Position numbers and translations under genes: made by a program. Below, in pieces: positions 8,864 through 19,377 of a stretch of 64,000 bases of DNA; within the stretch, counting starts at the first letter, position 1, and each line of letters starts with the position of its first letter. Source of the stretch: Vampirovibrionales bacterium (GTDB taxonomy: Bacteria > Cyanobacteriota > Vampirovibrionia > Vampirovibrionales > Vampirovibrionaceae); contig JAYKHP010000007.1 in the NCBI GenBank assembly GCA_035285165.1, positions 17,380-81,379 of the forward strand, written 5' to 3'. The notes beneath the pieces are model-generated. The model was given only the letters and a program-made list of their open reading frames with translations, was not told the origin of the DNA and did no database searches.

Positions 8864-10345
8864 TTAACTTAGTTTCCTGACATCCACAAGCTTGCCGGTG
8901 ACGGCTGCCGCTGCCGCCATCGCGGGACTCATCAGGACGGTTCGACCGCCCGGGCCCTGGCGTCCTTTGAAGTTACGATTACTGGTGCTGGCGCATAATT
9001 GGCCAGACTCGATCTGATCGCCGTTCATCGCGATGCACATGCTGCATCCCGGCTCGCGCCACTCAAAGCCAGCGTCGGTAAAGATTTTATCCAGCCCCTC
9101 CGCTTCCGCCTGGCGCTTGACGTTGTATGAACCCGGTACCACCAGCGCGCGAACTGAGGTTGCCACTTTCCTGCTTTTGGCGATTTGGGCGGCGTCTCGC
9201 AAGTCTTCAATACGGGAGTTGGTGCAACTGCCGATAAAAACCACATCAACAGAAGTGCCCGCCATGGGCTTTGCCGCTTCCACCTTCATATAATCCAGCG
9301 CGTCGGCCAGCTCGGTTTTTTCATCCTCCGTGGGCATTTGATCAGGCGTGGGCAATGGCTTGCTGATGCCGATGGCCATGCCGGGGTTGGTGCCGTAGGT
9401 TACCATCGGTTCAATGTCTTCCGCTTTCAGTTCAATAACCGTGTCGTATTTTGCGCCAACATCGGTGGTTAACTGCCGCCATTGGGCGACGGCCTCGTCG
9501 AACGCCTTGTCTTTCGGGGCGAATGGCTTGCCCTTGAGATACTCAAACGTCACTTCGTCGGGAGCGACCATCCCTGCCCGAGCGCCAGCCTCAATGGACA
9601 TATTGCAAAGCGTCATTCGGCCTTCCATTGAAAGCGAACGGATGGCTGAGCCCGTGTATTCCAGCACATAGCCCGTACCGCCGCCGATGCCGATTTTACC
9701 GATAATCGCAAGAATAATGTCTTTGGCCGTAATATGCTCAGAAAGCTTCCCTTCCACCCTGATTTCCATGGTTTTGGAGGGTTGCTGCAAAAGACACTGC
9801 GTGGCGAAAACATGCTCAATTTCGCTGGTGCCGATGCCGAAGGCCAGTGCCCCAAAAGCCCCGTGGGTGGACGTGTGGCTGTCACCGCAGACAATGGTCA
9901 TCCCCGGAAGCGTCAACCCTTGCTCTGGGCCGATAACGTGGATGATGCCCTGCTTGTCGCTATGGGCGCCGAAGTAGCGGACGCCGAATTCCTCGCAGTT
10001 TTTCTCGAACTGGCTGATTTGTCTGGCCGCCTCCGGGTCTTCCACCGGGCGGGAACGATCATAAGTGGGAATGCTGTGGTCGACCACGCCAAAGACGAGA
10101 TCTGGTCTGTGCATGGGGAGTTTTCTGTCTCGCAGCCCCTGAAATGCCTGGGGGGAGGTCACTTCGTGGATAAGATGGCGATCAATATAGAGAATGGCAG
10201 GAATGTCCGGCTTCTGAAGAACCACATGGCTATCCCAAATCTTCTGGTAAAGCGTTTTTGGGGTGTCGGCTAAAGCGTTTGTCACGGCTGTACTCCGGTC
10301 AATAGGTGTAAAACTCTCAGCTGGAATTATGCTCTTGAGAATCAT
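8864..10345 (-). CDS. leuC: 3-isopropylmalate dehydratase large subunit
   Basis: 493 aa; [12 protein letters not shown] and an aconitase-family Fe-S domain with cluster-ligand cysteines ([20 protein letters not shown]). The true start may be slightly downstream of the first ATG. Confidence 0.9.
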   Translation of the reverse strand: MILKSIIPAESFTPIDRSTAVTNALADTPKTLYQKIWDSHVVLQKPDIPAILYIDRHLIHEVTSPQAFQGLRDRKLPMHRPDLVFGVVDHSIPTYDRSRPVEDPEAARQISQFEKNCEEFGVRYFGAHSDKQGIIHVIGPEQGLTLPGMTIVCGDSHTSTHGAFGALAFGIGTSEIEHVFATQCLLQQPSKTMEIRVEGKLSEHITAKDIILAIIGKIGIGGGTGYVLEYTGSAIRSLSMEGRMTLCNMSIEAGARAGMVAPDEVTFEYLKGKPFAPKDKAFDEAVAQWRQLTTDVGAKYDTVIELKAEDIEPMVTYGTNPGMAIGISKPLPTPDQMPTEDEKTELADALDYMKVEAAKPMAGTSVDVVFIGSCTNSRIEDLRDAAQIAKSRKVATSVRALVVPGSYNVKRQAEAEGLDKIFTDAGFEWREPGCSMCIAMNGDQIESGQLCASTSNRNFKGRQGPGGRTVLMSPAMAAAAAVTGKLVDVRKLS

Positions 10346-10523
10346 TCTAGCGCCGACAAATCGTTAAGCCAAGCGACGCCTGAAGACAGTCAGAAGAAAG
10401 ACTGTCTGAATAAAGGCAGGCTGAACTTTTACGGGCCAATAACGTCTTTTTGGACGGAAGCCTGTTTTTGGGCTAGGATAGTCGCTAAAGCGCTCTTGCT
10501 TAAAGGAGCGTGTTTCCTTATTT

Positions 10524-10979
10524 ATGAGGATATTCCCCATGCTTTGCTCCAATATCGCCCATTTCAAACGTAAAATGCTTTTAATGTCCGCTGCGGTATT
10601 GCTCGTAGCGGCGGCCGCAATACTTGCTGGGGGATTATTGAGCGCTCCCAAGGCAGAGGCGGCCAAGCGTACCGCCAATGCCATCGTTATTTTTACGGCC
10701 AACTGGTGCGCCAGTTGCCGAACCGTCATACCTGTCGCCCAGGAAGTGGCTTCGCAGAATGGTCTGGGTGTTGAAACCATTGACGTAGACAAGCAGGATG
10801 CTCCCTCGCAGGCTTCCGACTTTGGACTTTCAATCCCTTCGGCGGATTTGCCCCAGGTCTATTATGTGAACAACGGTCGGATCACGCTGCTATTTGACGC
10901 CCGTCAATACAAGTTTGCAAAGCCAGAGATTATCCGCACCCAGATTCTCAGTAACCTGCAACAGTCCAAATCGAGTTAA
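10524..10979 (+). CDS. Thioredoxin-fold protein with N-terminal signal/TM segment (CxxC = WCASCR)
   Basis: 151 aa with a hydrophobic N-terminus and a CASC redox motif. Start uncertain: internal ATGs are at 10575 and 10584. Confidence 0.6.
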   Translation: MRIFPMLCSNIAHFKRKMLLMSAAVLLVAAAAILAGGLLSAPKAEAAKRTANAIVIFTANWCASCRTVIPVAQEVASQNGLGVETIDVDKQDAPSQASDFGLSIPSADLPQVYYVNNGRITLLFDARQYKFAKPEIIRTQILSNLQQSKSS

Positions 10980-10994
10980 AATTAAGAGGATTAT

Positions 10995-11522
10995 ATGTTA
11001 AAGATGGTTCTTATTTTAGTTTTTCTTGTAATTGCAGGCATTCTTGCTTTTGCTACCACTAAACCTGACACATTTCGTGTTGAACGCTCGATTATAATTA
11101 ATGCGCCATCTGAAAAAATCTATCCTCTCATCAGCAATTTCCATCAATGGCAAATCTGGTCGCCTTATGAAAAGATGGATCCCAACATGAAACGCGCTTT
11201 TGAGGGGCCAGAAAGTGGAAAGGGTGCGGTCTATTCATGGAATGGTGCTGGTAAAGTCGGTCAGGGGCGGATGGAAATTCTGGAAACGCAGCCCGCATCC
11301 AAAGTGATCATCAAGCTTCATTTTGTAAAGCCCTTTGAAGCGACCAATACTACTGAATTTACCATTATTCCAGAAGGTAAACAAACAAAGGTCACCTGGG
11401 CAATGTCTGGCATTCAACCATTCATGGGTAAAGTGATTAGCGTTTTCTTTAATTTGGATCCCATGATAGGGAAAGATTTTGAAGACGGTCTACAGAATCT
11501 CAAAAAAGCTGTCGAGCCTTAA
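10995..11522 (+). CDS. SRPBCC (START/Bet v1-like, polyketide-cyclase-type) family protein with N-terminal TM anchor
   Basis: 175 aa. The gene looks visibly AT-richer than its neighbours. Confidence 0.55.
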   Translation: MLKMVLILVFLVIAGILAFATTKPDTFRVERSIIINAPSEKIYPLISNFHQWQIWSPYEKMDPNMKRAFEGPESGKGAVYSWNGAGKVGQGRMEILETQPASKVIIKLHFVKPFEATNTTEFTIIPEGKQTKVTWAMSGIQPFMGKVISVFFNLDPMIGKDFEDGLQNLKKAVEP

Positions 11523-11542
11523 ATCTGATTATACGCCTGACT

Positions 11543-11749
11543 TCACTCGTTTAGTGTTAGTTGTTCACCGAGCATCATTTTTCGCTTCAGGGCGATAAAC
11601 TTTTCGGTCAATTCAGCGGGGCTTTCCTTGACGAGGATTTTTTCACCGTTGGTCATCGATACCACGGTATCGGGTGTCGCCTCGGCAAACAGCACAAGAT
11701 CGGGGTTAAGATACAGCATCGTGCCGTTGAGTCGGGTTACTTCAATCAT
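11543..11749 (-). CDS. flbD: FlbD/SwrD family small flagellar protein homolog
   Basis: 68 aa; MIEVTRLNGTMLYLNPDLVLFAEATPDTVVSMTNGEKILVKESPAELTEKF aligns closely with the FlbD consensus (MIeLTRLNG...PDT.I.LtNGkk..VkES.eEv). Confidence 0.65.
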   Translation of the reverse strand: MIEVTRLNGTMLYLNPDLVLFAEATPDTVVSMTNGEKILVKESPAELTEKFIALKRKMMLGEQLTLNE

Positions 11750-11769
11750 CTTTTGCTCTGCTTTTCTGC

Positions 11770-14484
11770 TTAAACGCTGGGCGATGTTTTTACGGAAGCC
11801 GTTTTTGAAACGGCCTTGGAAAAAGCTAACGTGTCGGGATCGTCGGTCGAAAGTTCGGCGTAAATCGTATCCCCATCCACGAATTGACCTTGCAGCAGGG
11901 CGTTTGCCAAGGGGTTTTCGACGTACTTTCTCAAAACCCGCTTCAGGGGGCGCGCGCCATAAACCGGGTCATAGCCCAGCCTGCCCAGCAAGTCCTTGGC
12001 GTCATCGCTGAGGGTTAGCGTTAAATTACGCTGCAAAAGCATCTTCTCAATCCGTTTAAGCTGGATATCGACAATACTTCTCAAATGCTCGGCTTTCAGC
12101 GCCTCGAAGAAAACGATATCATCGAGTCGGTTGATAAATTCGGGCCGGAAGTGGCTTTGCACCTCATTCATCACTTGTTCCCTCAGCACCTCTTGGCGAA
12201 GTTGTTCATTGCTCGTTTGGTCGCCCATCAGGTGACGTTTGGCATGTTCTAAAATCACCTGGCTGCCGATGTTGCTGGTCAGGATAATCACCGTGTTCTT
12301 GAAATCGACTGTTCTGCCCTTGGAGTCGGTCAGGCGACCATCGTCCATAATCTGGAGCATCACGTTGAACACGTCGGGGTGGGCTTTTTCAACTTCATCA
12401 AACAGAACAACGCTGTAGGGTTTTCTGCGCACCGCCTCGGTCAATTGCCCGCCTTCGTCATAGCCGATATAACCTGGAGGAGCGCCAATCAGGCGAGCCA
12501 CCGTGTGTTTTTCCATATATTCGGACATGTCAATGCGCACGACGGCAGCTTCGTCATTAAAGAGAAACTCGGCCAGCGCCTTGGTCAGTTCGGTTTTCCC
12601 CACACCGGTGGGGCCAAGGAACATAAAGCTGCCAATCGGCCGGTTTTCTTCCTTTAAACCTGAACGCGCCCGGCGGACGGCTTCGGCGACCACGCGAACG
12701 GCCTTGTCTTGTCCGACGACTCGTTTTTCCAGGTAGTCTTCCAGGTGCAGGAGTTTTTGGATTTCGCTCTCTTGTAAGCGCGTGACGGGAATGCCCGTCC
12801 AGCGGCTGACGATTTCTGCGATGTCCTCTTCGCCGATTTCTTCTTTGACCAACAGTTTTTGGGATGAGGTTTTTCCCTTGCCGTTCGGGCTGCTTTCGCT
12901 CTGAATCACCTCGTCTAGCCTGCGCTGAAGTTCAGGCAATTGGCCGTACTTGAGCTCGGCGGCCTTGGCCAAATCAGCGTCCCGCTCGGCCTGCTCGATT
13001 TCGATTTTGACCTGTTCAAGCTGTTCCTTGAGCGTTCTGGAATCCTGGATTTTTTCCTTTTCCTGCCGCCAGGCGGTTTCAAGTTCGGTTTTTTGCTGCT
13101 TCAGATCTGAAATTTCCGCTTCCAGCTTGACCAGCCGCTCCAGCGATCCAGAATCAGTCTCTTTTTTCAGGGCTTCCTGTTCAATTTCCAGTTGAATCAG
13201 CGCGCGCGACACTTCATCAAGCGCCTGCGGCATGCTGTCGATTTCCATGCGGATTTTAGACGCCGCTTCATCAATCAGATCGATGGCCTTGTCCGGCAGA
13301 AACCGGTCGCTGATGTAGCGATGGGACAATGTAGCGGCTGCGATAATGGCCGAGTCTTTGATGCGCACGCCGTGATGAATTTCATATCGCTCTTTGAGGC
13401 CGCGCAGGATGCTGATCGTATCCTCCACCGTGGGCTCATCCACTAAAACCGGCTGGAAGCGCCGCTCCAGCGCCGCGTCTTTTTCAATGTACTTTCGGTA
13501 TTCGTTGAGTGTGGTTGCGCCAATGCAGTGCAATTCGCCGCGTGCGAGCATCGGCTTCAGCAAATTGCTGGCGTCCATCGCGCCATCGGTCGCGCCAGCA
13601 CCCACCACGGTATGCAATTCGTCAATGAAAAGAATAACATCGCCTTCAGCGGCTTGCACTTCTTTCAGGACGGCTTTGAGCCGCTCCTCAAACTCGCCCC
13701 GGAACTTGGCGCCCGCAATCAGCGCGCCCATATCCAGCGAGATCAGTTTTCGGTCTTTTAAGCTTTCAGGCACGTCTCCATTGACGATGCGAAGCGCAAG
13801 GCCTTCGACGATGGCGGTTTTCCCAACGCCAGGCTCTCCAATTAAAACCGGGTTGTTCTTGGTCCTTCTCGATAGCACCTGAACGACGCGGCGGATTTCT
13901 TCCTGCCTGCCGATGACGGGATCGAGCTTTCCTTTACGCGCGGCTTCGGTCAGGTCGCGTCCGTATTTTTCAAGGGACTGGTAGTTGTCTTCGGCGTTCT
14001 GGCTGTCCACCTTGTGACCACCCCGGATGTTTTTCAATACCGCTAAAATGTTGTTTTTCGTGACGTTTTGCTTTGAAAGCAGTTGCGCACAACTTTCCCC
14101 GGATTGTGCCGGGCCCGATTCCGTCATCGCAAGCAGAAAATGCTCGGTGCTGATAAAGTTGTCCTTAAACGTCCGGGCTTCTTTTTCAGCATCATCCACC
14201 AGTCGCTTGAAGCGCGGCGTGATATAGAGCTGCCCGTTGCCAAGGCTGCTGGCGCTTGCCCGGGGACGCTTGGCGACGGCGGCTTCCAATTCTTTTATCA
14301 GCCTGGCGGTATCGACGTTTAATTCGTTTAAAATTTTTCTGGGCAGACTTTTTTCATCTGATTCCAGAAACGCCAGCAACAGGAACTCGTTGTCCAACTG
14401 GTTTTGCGAAAAGCGCTGCAGTAGGGCCTGCGAGTTAACGATGGCTTCCTGGGCTTGCGTGGTTAAGCGGTTCAAATCGATCAT
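11770..14484 (-). CDS. clpB: Chaperone disaggregase ClpB
   Basis: Two AAA+ modules ([18 protein letters not shown]), a long coiled-coil middle domain and ~904 aa. Start placed at MIDLNRLT (14484) with GGAAG 7 nt upstream; the track ORF begins 6 codons earlier. Ends with a ~40-aa non-conserved C-terminal tail. Confidence 0.9.
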   Translation of the reverse strand: MIDLNRLTTQAQEAIVNSQALLQRFSQNQLDNEFLLLAFLESDEKSLPRKILNELNVDTARLIKELEAAVAKRPRASASSLGNGQLYITPRFKRLVDDAEKEARTFKDNFISTEHFLLAMTESGPAQSGESCAQLLSKQNVTKNNILAVLKNIRGGHKVDSQNAEDNYQSLEKYGRDLTEAARKGKLDPVIGRQEEIRRVVQVLSRRTKNNPVLIGEPGVGKTAIVEGLALRIVNGDVPESLKDRKLISLDMGALIAGAKFRGEFEERLKAVLKEVQAAEGDVILFIDELHTVVGAGATDGAMDASNLLKPMLARGELHCIGATTLNEYRKYIEKDAALERRFQPVLVDEPTVEDTISILRGLKERYEIHHGVRIKDSAIIAAATLSHRYISDRFLPDKAIDLIDEAASKIRMEIDSMPQALDEVSRALIQLEIEQEALKKETDSGSLERLVKLEAEISDLKQQKTELETAWRQEKEKIQDSRTLKEQLEQVKIEIEQAERDADLAKAAELKYGQLPELQRRLDEVIQSESSPNGKGKTSSQKLLVKEEIGEEDIAEIVSRWTGIPVTRLQESEIQKLLHLEDYLEKRVVGQDKAVRVVAEAVRRARSGLKEENRPIGSFMFLGPTGVGKTELTKALAEFLFNDEAAVVRIDMSEYMEKHTVARLIGAPPGYIGYDEGGQLTEAVRRKPYSVVLFDEVEKAHPDVFNVMLQIMDDGRLTDSKGRTVDFKNTVIILTSNIGSQVILEHAKRHLMGDQTSNEQLRQEVLREQVMNEVQSHFRPEFINRLDDIVFFEALKAEHLRSIVDIQLKRIEKMLLQRNLTLTLSDDAKDLLGRLGYDPVYGARPLKRVLRKYVENPLANALLQGQFVDGDTIYAELSTDDPDTLAFSKAVSKTASVKTSPSV

Positions 14485-14557
14485 AGCAGGACTTCCAGTC
14501 ATAGTGCTTAATCGTAATTATGCGGGCATTTGACAGACCCAAACGAAAAATTTACGA

Positions 14558-14607
14558 AGGATTAATAATTAGGAGGAAGGATTAATCATTACAAAGGATT
14601 AATGATT
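14558..14607. promoter_or_regulatory. Three direct repeats AGGATTAAT[A/C/G]ATT in the clpB upstream region; putative operator array
   Basis: Copies at 14558-14570, 14578-14590 and 14595-14607, lying between the dgt-like stop and the clpB start. A candidate sigma70-like promoter (TTGGGT...CATAAT on the minus strand) lies between the repeats and clpB. Confidence 0.4.
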
Positions 14608-16236
14608 TTAAATCAGCGAGTTTTCTTCGGGCTCGTCCTCCAGATCCAGTTCGTCCGGGGCGTGTTCGTCATGTTTACCATGACTGGCGAAATGCTTTTC
14701 CAGTTGATCCAGTAAGAAACGCTTGGCTTTCTTGTCCCAAACGAACACCAGGTGCTTGTGGCCCTGGCCCTCCACAACAGAAAGCGGCAGGGAGGAGATA
14801 TTGCGTAGGTCAACAACAGGCCCTCGGAACCTTGAAATCCAGATGGGTTCTCGATCCTCAGGCGGCAGATACATCGGCTTGGGCTTGACGATGGTTTCCT
14901 CAAATCCGAAATCAAACGACAGCCCGCGTTGTTCGTAGTGCTTGCGCAACGCGATGACAATATCCCCCAGTTCGGCCAGGTGGCTGCCCTGGCTATATTT
15001 ATGAAGGTCAATGAACTTGAAGAGATCATGCGTCATCATCCGCTCGGCCAATTGGCGCAGCAGCGGGTCTTTGTTGGCATCAGTCGTCCAGGTGTTCAGC
15101 ACTTCCCAGAGATAGCAGTCATCCATTCTCAGATAAGACTGACACGTGAGGGAATGGCCGTCGCTCATCAGGGTATAAAGCTCGTTTGCCGGATGGCCGA
15201 TGTCAATTCCTTCTTCGCGGGCGGCTTTGAAGCGTTTCAGCACACAGTGCAGGATGGCTTCGGACGCTTTATCAAGCGAATGTAGCGCCATTTTATAGGC
15301 CTGAAAGCGTCCGAAGAGATAATGCTCAATGGCTGGGATGGCTTCTTCTCGAACGGCGATAACAGGCTGGCCCTGTGGCGTTTTGGCAATCACCAGGTTG
15401 GCGATGATCCGCTGGGCTTCAACGCGGCCATATTGTACGCCCAGGTAATGGCTGTCGCGCTGGAGATAATCCAATCTGTCCATGTCGAGCTGGCTGGATA
15501 CCAGATAAGCCAGGTAATGCTTGTTGCTGCGCTTTTTATAGCCTTGTTCAGCGCCAGGGGGCTTGGTGCTTTGTCCAGGTGGGTCTTCCCCCATAAATTG
15601 CAACAAGGCCTGGGGTAGTTGCGGGTCGTATTTTTGCCATATCTGGCAAAGTTCCTTATCCTCGCTTAAAATGCGACCGTTCCAGTAATGGTCATGGCTT
15701 AACCCGCGATCTTTAAGCTCCAGGATATCCTCAAGCGTGTGCGACAGAGGTGTATGGCCGATGTCGTGAATAAGAATGCTGACTAGTAAAAGCCGTTCGA
15801 CGGAAATGCCCGTATCTGTCTTGCTGCCTTCGGTGTCCGTTAGATGAAACGTGCTTTGAAGCACCTCACGCGTGTCGGGGTCGTTATTGAAATGCTCGAT
15901 GGCTTTCATCATCAGGTGAACGGCGCCAAGGCTGTGGATGAAGCGCGAGTGGGTGGCGCCTGGAAAGACGAATTCAGCCAGGCCCATCTGCTTGATTCTG
16001 CGCAGGCGCTGAAACGCGCTGGTGTTCATGATGTCCAGCAACAGCGCATGGGTTTCGTCGCGCCGGTCAAACTGGATCATCCCGTGAATCGGGTCAGCCA
16101 GGGACATCCGCTGTTGCATGCGGACATTGGGCTTGTGATGGCTGGAACTTGGATGTGAAGGCTTGGTGGCCATAAAGTCTGAAAGACGCCCCTCTGTTGT
16201 CCAAAACGAAAAATTCCTTACCGTCATTCCCGCCAA
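14608..16236 (-). CDS. HD-domain dNTP triphosphohydrolase-like protein (dGTPase/Dgt family)
   Basis: DPIHGMIQF...FQRLRRIKQMG...THSRFIHSLGV...LIHDIGHTPLSH motifs; acidic C-terminal tail. Start uncertain: alternative ATGs at 16173 and 16119. Confidence 0.75.
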   Translation of the reverse strand: MAGMTVRNFSFWTTEGRLSDFMATKPSHPSSSHHKPNVRMQQRMSLADPIHGMIQFDRRDETHALLLDIMNTSAFQRLRRIKQMGLAEFVFPGATHSRFIHSLGAVHLMMKAIEHFNNDPDTREVLQSTFHLTDTEGSKTDTGISVERLLLVSILIHDIGHTPLSHTLEDILELKDRGLSHDHYWNGRILSEDKELCQIWQKYDPQLPQALLQFMGEDPPGQSTKPPGAEQGYKKRSNKHYLAYLVSSQLDMDRLDYLQRDSHYLGVQYGRVEAQRIIANLVIAKTPQGQPVIAVREEAIPAIEHYLFGRFQAYKMALHSLDKASEAILHCVLKRFKAAREEGIDIGHPANELYTLMSDGHSLTCQSYLRMDDCYLWEVLNTWTTDANKDPLLRQLAERMMTHDLFKFIDLHKYSQGSHLAELGDIVIALRKHYEQRGLSFDFGFEETIVKPKPMYLPPEDREPIWISRFRGPVVDLRNISSLPLSVVEGQGHKHLVFVWDKKAKRFLLDQLEKHFASHGKHDEHAPDELDLEDEPEENSLI

Positions 16237-16279
16237 AGCAATAATAACGGGTTCTTCATTATATCATTCAGCATACCAT

Positions 16280-17293
16280 TCAGCCTTGATCCATCGTTTG
16301 TTTGGCGCGCGGGTGCGCCTTGAGATAAGCGCTTCTCAACCGTTCGGTGGAGAGATGGGTGTAAATCTGCGTGCTGCGAATGCTGACGTGGCCCAGCAAC
16401 TCTTGCACCACCCGCAGGTCAACCCCCTTATTCAGCAAATGAGTGGCAAACGTGTGGCGAAAGACGTGGGGGTGGATATGTCGTCCAAGCCCGGCCGCCT
16501 CGGCCAACTGATCCAGAATGCGCCGGATACTCCTGACATTCAAGGCTTCGCCCCGGTAATTGAGAAACACAGGATGCTTGCTGGCAAAGGGCTTCTGAGA
16601 CAAGTCGGCCCAGACGCTTTTGTAAAGCATCAGCGCCTTAAGCGCCTTCTGGCTGACAAAGGCGATGCGCTCGCGGGCGCCTTTACCAAAAATCCGCAAC
16701 TCGCCCTCTTCCCAGTTGATCTGTTCAAAGGTCAGTTGCGCAAGCTCGCTGACGCGGATGCCGGATGAAAAAAGCGTTTCGACAATCGCCAGGTTGCGAA
16801 GCGCCAACGATTGCTCGCTATTGGACGTTTCTGACAGTTTTTCCGCATGCCTTATTAAGCCCTGGATATCGTCCACGTTTAAAAACTCAGGCAGCTTCCT
16901 GGGCAACTTGGGGCGATGGAAACGCAAGGGCAAAGCGTCGGGCGTAAAAATGCCTTCTTTCATCAGGTATTTGAAATACGTTTTAAGGCAAGAGAGTTTT
17001 CGGGCCAACGTGCTTCTGGAAAGTCCCTTTTGTCCCAGCCAGGTGATGAATTGTCCTGGCATGTCGTTTAAAAGCGTTGGATTTGAAAGTGCAGGATTGC
17101 CAGCGGACGGAAGTGCTTCAATACTGGACAGCCACTGGCAGAACAGGGCCAGATCCGATTGATAGGCCCGAATCGTTTGTGACGAAAGGTTGCGGTTAAC
17201 CGCCAAGTGCGACAGGAAAGGCTCGACGCTTTCAAGCAGGCGTTGCCGGTTGGCGCCATCCAGAGGGAGTCGGGAACTCATGGGCTTTATCAC
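16280..17293 (-). CDS. Tyrosine site-specific recombinase, XerC/XerD family
   Basis: 337 aa; the C-terminal catalytic motifs HPHVFRHTFATHLL and LGHVSIRSTQIYTHL are typical of XerC/D. Confidence 0.85.
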   Translation of the reverse strand: MIKPMSSRLPLDGANRQRLLESVEPFLSHLAVNRNLSSQTIRAYQSDLALFCQWLSSIEALPSAGNPALSNPTLLNDMPGQFITWLGQKGLSRSTLARKLSCLKTYFKYLMKEGIFTPDALPLRFHRPKLPRKLPEFLNVDDIQGLIRHAEKLSETSNSEQSLALRNLAIVETLFSSGIRVSELAQLTFEQINWEEGELRIFGKGARERIAFVSQKALKALMLYKSVWADLSQKPFASKHPVFLNYRGEALNVRSIRRILDQLAEAAGLGRHIHPHVFRHTFATHLLNKGVDLRVVQELLGHVSIRSTQIYTHLSTERLRSAYLKAHPRAKQTMDQG

Positions 17294-17590
17294 TTCCTAA
17301 AGAGAAAGACTTTGTCTGTTTGGCTTGCCTGCGCTATACTTCTACAAATTTCAGAGGCTGGCGCATTTTTCGGTTGGCGCTTTTGTGAGGCAGGCGTATG
17401 AGATATCACCATGCTTTTCATGATACCTGATTCTCCAGCGAAAGCTCTCTTTGCAGGTTCTGAAATTGACGGCTCTAATTTCTTCATGCCCCGTATCGCG
17501 TTATTTTAGAAAGGATCTGGCATGCACGCTTCAGAAAATTTTCGCTCCCCTAAGGCAGGTAAAGTTACTGGTCATAATACAGGTCATAAA

Positions 17591-18796
17591 ATGACAAGAG
17601 CGTTTTCGCTCGGGATTTCAGCCCTGGCCTTGACCCTTACCCTCAGTGCCTGTAACGGCGCAAACCCGCTTGGGCCAAACCCCAACGCCAAGGTTGCAAC
17701 GGTTGACGGCAGCGTGATTACGCGGGGCGAGTACGATAAGACCTATAAGCTTATCAGCAAGAATATGGGTGTTGATCTTGAAAACGTTTCTGACCCCAAC
17801 CAGAAGCAGATGATCAAGCAGACCTTGTCGCAAATGGTTTTGAACAAGCTGATTCTTGATACGTTGATCGAGAATGAGGCCAAGGTCATGAACCTGACCG
17901 TCAGCGATCAGGAAGTGAAAGATTACAAACAGAAAATGCTGGCGCGTGACCCGAGCGCCGCAAAGGAACTGAAAAAGTTTCTGGATGAAAACATGATGAG
18001 CGAAAAAGATTTTAACGAAACGCTCAAGCAGAACATCCTGACCGAGAAAGTCGTCGAGCAGAAGGCGGGCAAGCAGCTTGCCGTAAGTGACGCCGAAGTG
18101 ACCGCCTACTATAAGGAGCATCCCGAACAGTTCAAGATGCCCGAGCAAATCCGCGCAAGCCATATCCTGATCAAGGCGATTCCACCCCAGATGGCCCGCG
18201 ACATCAAGGCCCAAAGCCCCAACAAGCCGCAGGCCGAAGTTGAGCAGGAAGTGGCCAAGCAAAAGGCAACGCTTCAAGCCAAGGCCCAAAAACTGTACGA
18301 AGATGTCAAAGCGCATCCCGACCAGTTTGACGATATCGCCAAGCGTGAATCGAACGATCCGGGATCGGCTACCCAGGGTGGTGATTTGAATTACGTCGTT
18401 CAGAACAACATCGACCCCGCTTTCTGGGCCGCCCTGAAAAGCACCAAGCCCGGCCAGTTGCATAACGGCGTGGTGGAAACGCAGTTTGGTTACCACATTA
18501 TCAAGGTTGCCGACATCAAGCCGCCTAAAACCAGCACGCTTGCTGAAATGAAGCCGATGATCCACGACTTTATCGAATCTCAGAAGAAACAAAAAGTGCT
18601 GATGGAATGGGCCGAAACCGAGCGTAACCAAGCTAAAATCGATATCGAACCCGAGTTCCAGCCCAAGGCGCCTGCGATTCCTTCCGGAGCGCCCATGGTG
18701 CCAGGGACAAATGCTGGCACAGGTACGCAGGAAAACTCGGCAAACCCTAATGCCGATTCTGGTAACGTTTCCCTGGGCGGTGCGAAAAAACATTAA
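17591..18796 (+). CDS. Peptidyl-prolyl cis-trans isomerase, PrsA/SurA-like parvulin lipoprotein
   Basis: Lipobox LTLSAC after MTRAFSLGISALALT, a SurA-N-like chaperone region and a parvulin domain (ASHILIK...GYHIIKV). The track ORF starts earlier (17522), but that would bury the signal peptide. Confidence 0.8.
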   Translation: MTRAFSLGISALALTLTLSACNGANPLGPNPNAKVATVDGSVITRGEYDKTYKLISKNMGVDLENVSDPNQKQMIKQTLSQMVLNKLILDTLIENEAKVMNLTVSDQEVKDYKQKMLARDPSAAKELKKFLDENMMSEKDFNETLKQNILTEKVVEQKAGKQLAVSDAEVTAYYKEHPEQFKMPEQIRASHILIKAIPPQMARDIKAQSPNKPQAEVEQEVAKQKATLQAKAQKLYEDVKAHPDQFDDIAKRESNDPGSATQGGDLNYVVQNNIDPAFWAALKSTKPGQLHNGVVETQFGYHIIKVADIKPPKTSTLAEMKPMIHDFIESQKKQKVLMEWAETERNQAKIDIEPEFQPKAPAIPSGAPMVPGTNAGTGTQENSANPNADSGNVSLGGAKKH

Positions 18797-18813
18797 GGAG
18801 TTGCACACGTTTT

Positions 18814-19314
18814 ATGGGACAAGTTCTCAGCAGGGAACAACTGAATACTTTCTTTCAGGCAAAATCCGGGGGCGCTGATAGCGCTTCCGGACTTTTGTCG
18901 CTGAGGCGTCCGCTGGTGTTCACCAACGGCTGCTTTGATCTGTTGCACGTGGGCCACCTGCGCTACTTGCAAGAGGCGCAGCGCCAGGGGGAAGCGCTGT
19001 TTGTGGCGCTCAATACCGATGCCTCCGTTCGTCGCCTGAAAGGGCATAGCCGACCCATCCTGCCGGAGGACGAACGGGCGGAAATGCTGGCCGCTTTATC
19101 CTGCGTGGACTATGTGGCGCTGTTTGATGAAGAGACGCCCGAAAACCTGTTGCGGCTTGTACGGCCTGACATTTACGTCAAGGGTGGGGATTACACGCTG
19201 GCTAATTTGCCCGAGGCACCTGTATTGAAGGAACTAAGCATCGAAGCGCGTTTCCTCACGCTGGTTGAAGGCCGTTCCACAAGTAGTATTGTGGAGAAAA
19301 TTCAATCGCTGTAA
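18814..19314 (+). CDS. D-glycero-beta-D-manno-heptose 1-phosphate adenylyltransferase (RfaE domain II / HldE C-terminal type cytidylyltransferase)
   Basis: 166 aa; TNGCFDLLHVGHLRYL nucleotidyltransferase motif. Confidence 0.8.
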   Translation: MGQVLSREQLNTFFQAKSGGADSASGLLSLRRPLVFTNGCFDLLHVGHLRYLQEAQRQGEALFVALNTDASVRRLKGHSRPILPEDERAEMLAALSCVDYVALFDEETPENLLRLVRPDIYVKGGDYTLANLPEAPVLKELSIEARFLTLVEGRSTSSIVEKIQSL

Positions 19315-19377
19315 CTTGCGCTAGGGTTTTCGCATGGGATGCTTTGCCCTACTCAGGCTTTGTCTGATAATGAAAAG

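Noticed and set aside
10364-10792. 142-aa minus-strand ORF overlapping the thioredoxin-like gene
   Set aside because: It overlaps a better-supported + strand gene with signal peptide and CxxC motif, and its composition is low-complexity.
12379-14533. Multiple 60-160-aa plus-strand ORFs inside clpB (for example 13394-13882, 14237-14533), and similar antisense ORFs inside leuC, lysC, the 1198-aa gene, glpD-like and neuC
   Set aside because: They lie antisense to, or out of frame within, long well-supported genes. They have Ser/Arg/Ala-rich compositions typical of shadow ORFs in GC-rich coding DNA.
16280-17293. Integrase of a mobile element
   Set aside because: It has XerC/D-like length and motifs and housekeeping neighbours (clpB, a PPIase). 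There are no flanking direct repeats or tRNA. It is more likely the chromosomal dimer-resolution recombinase, although this cannot be proven from the window.
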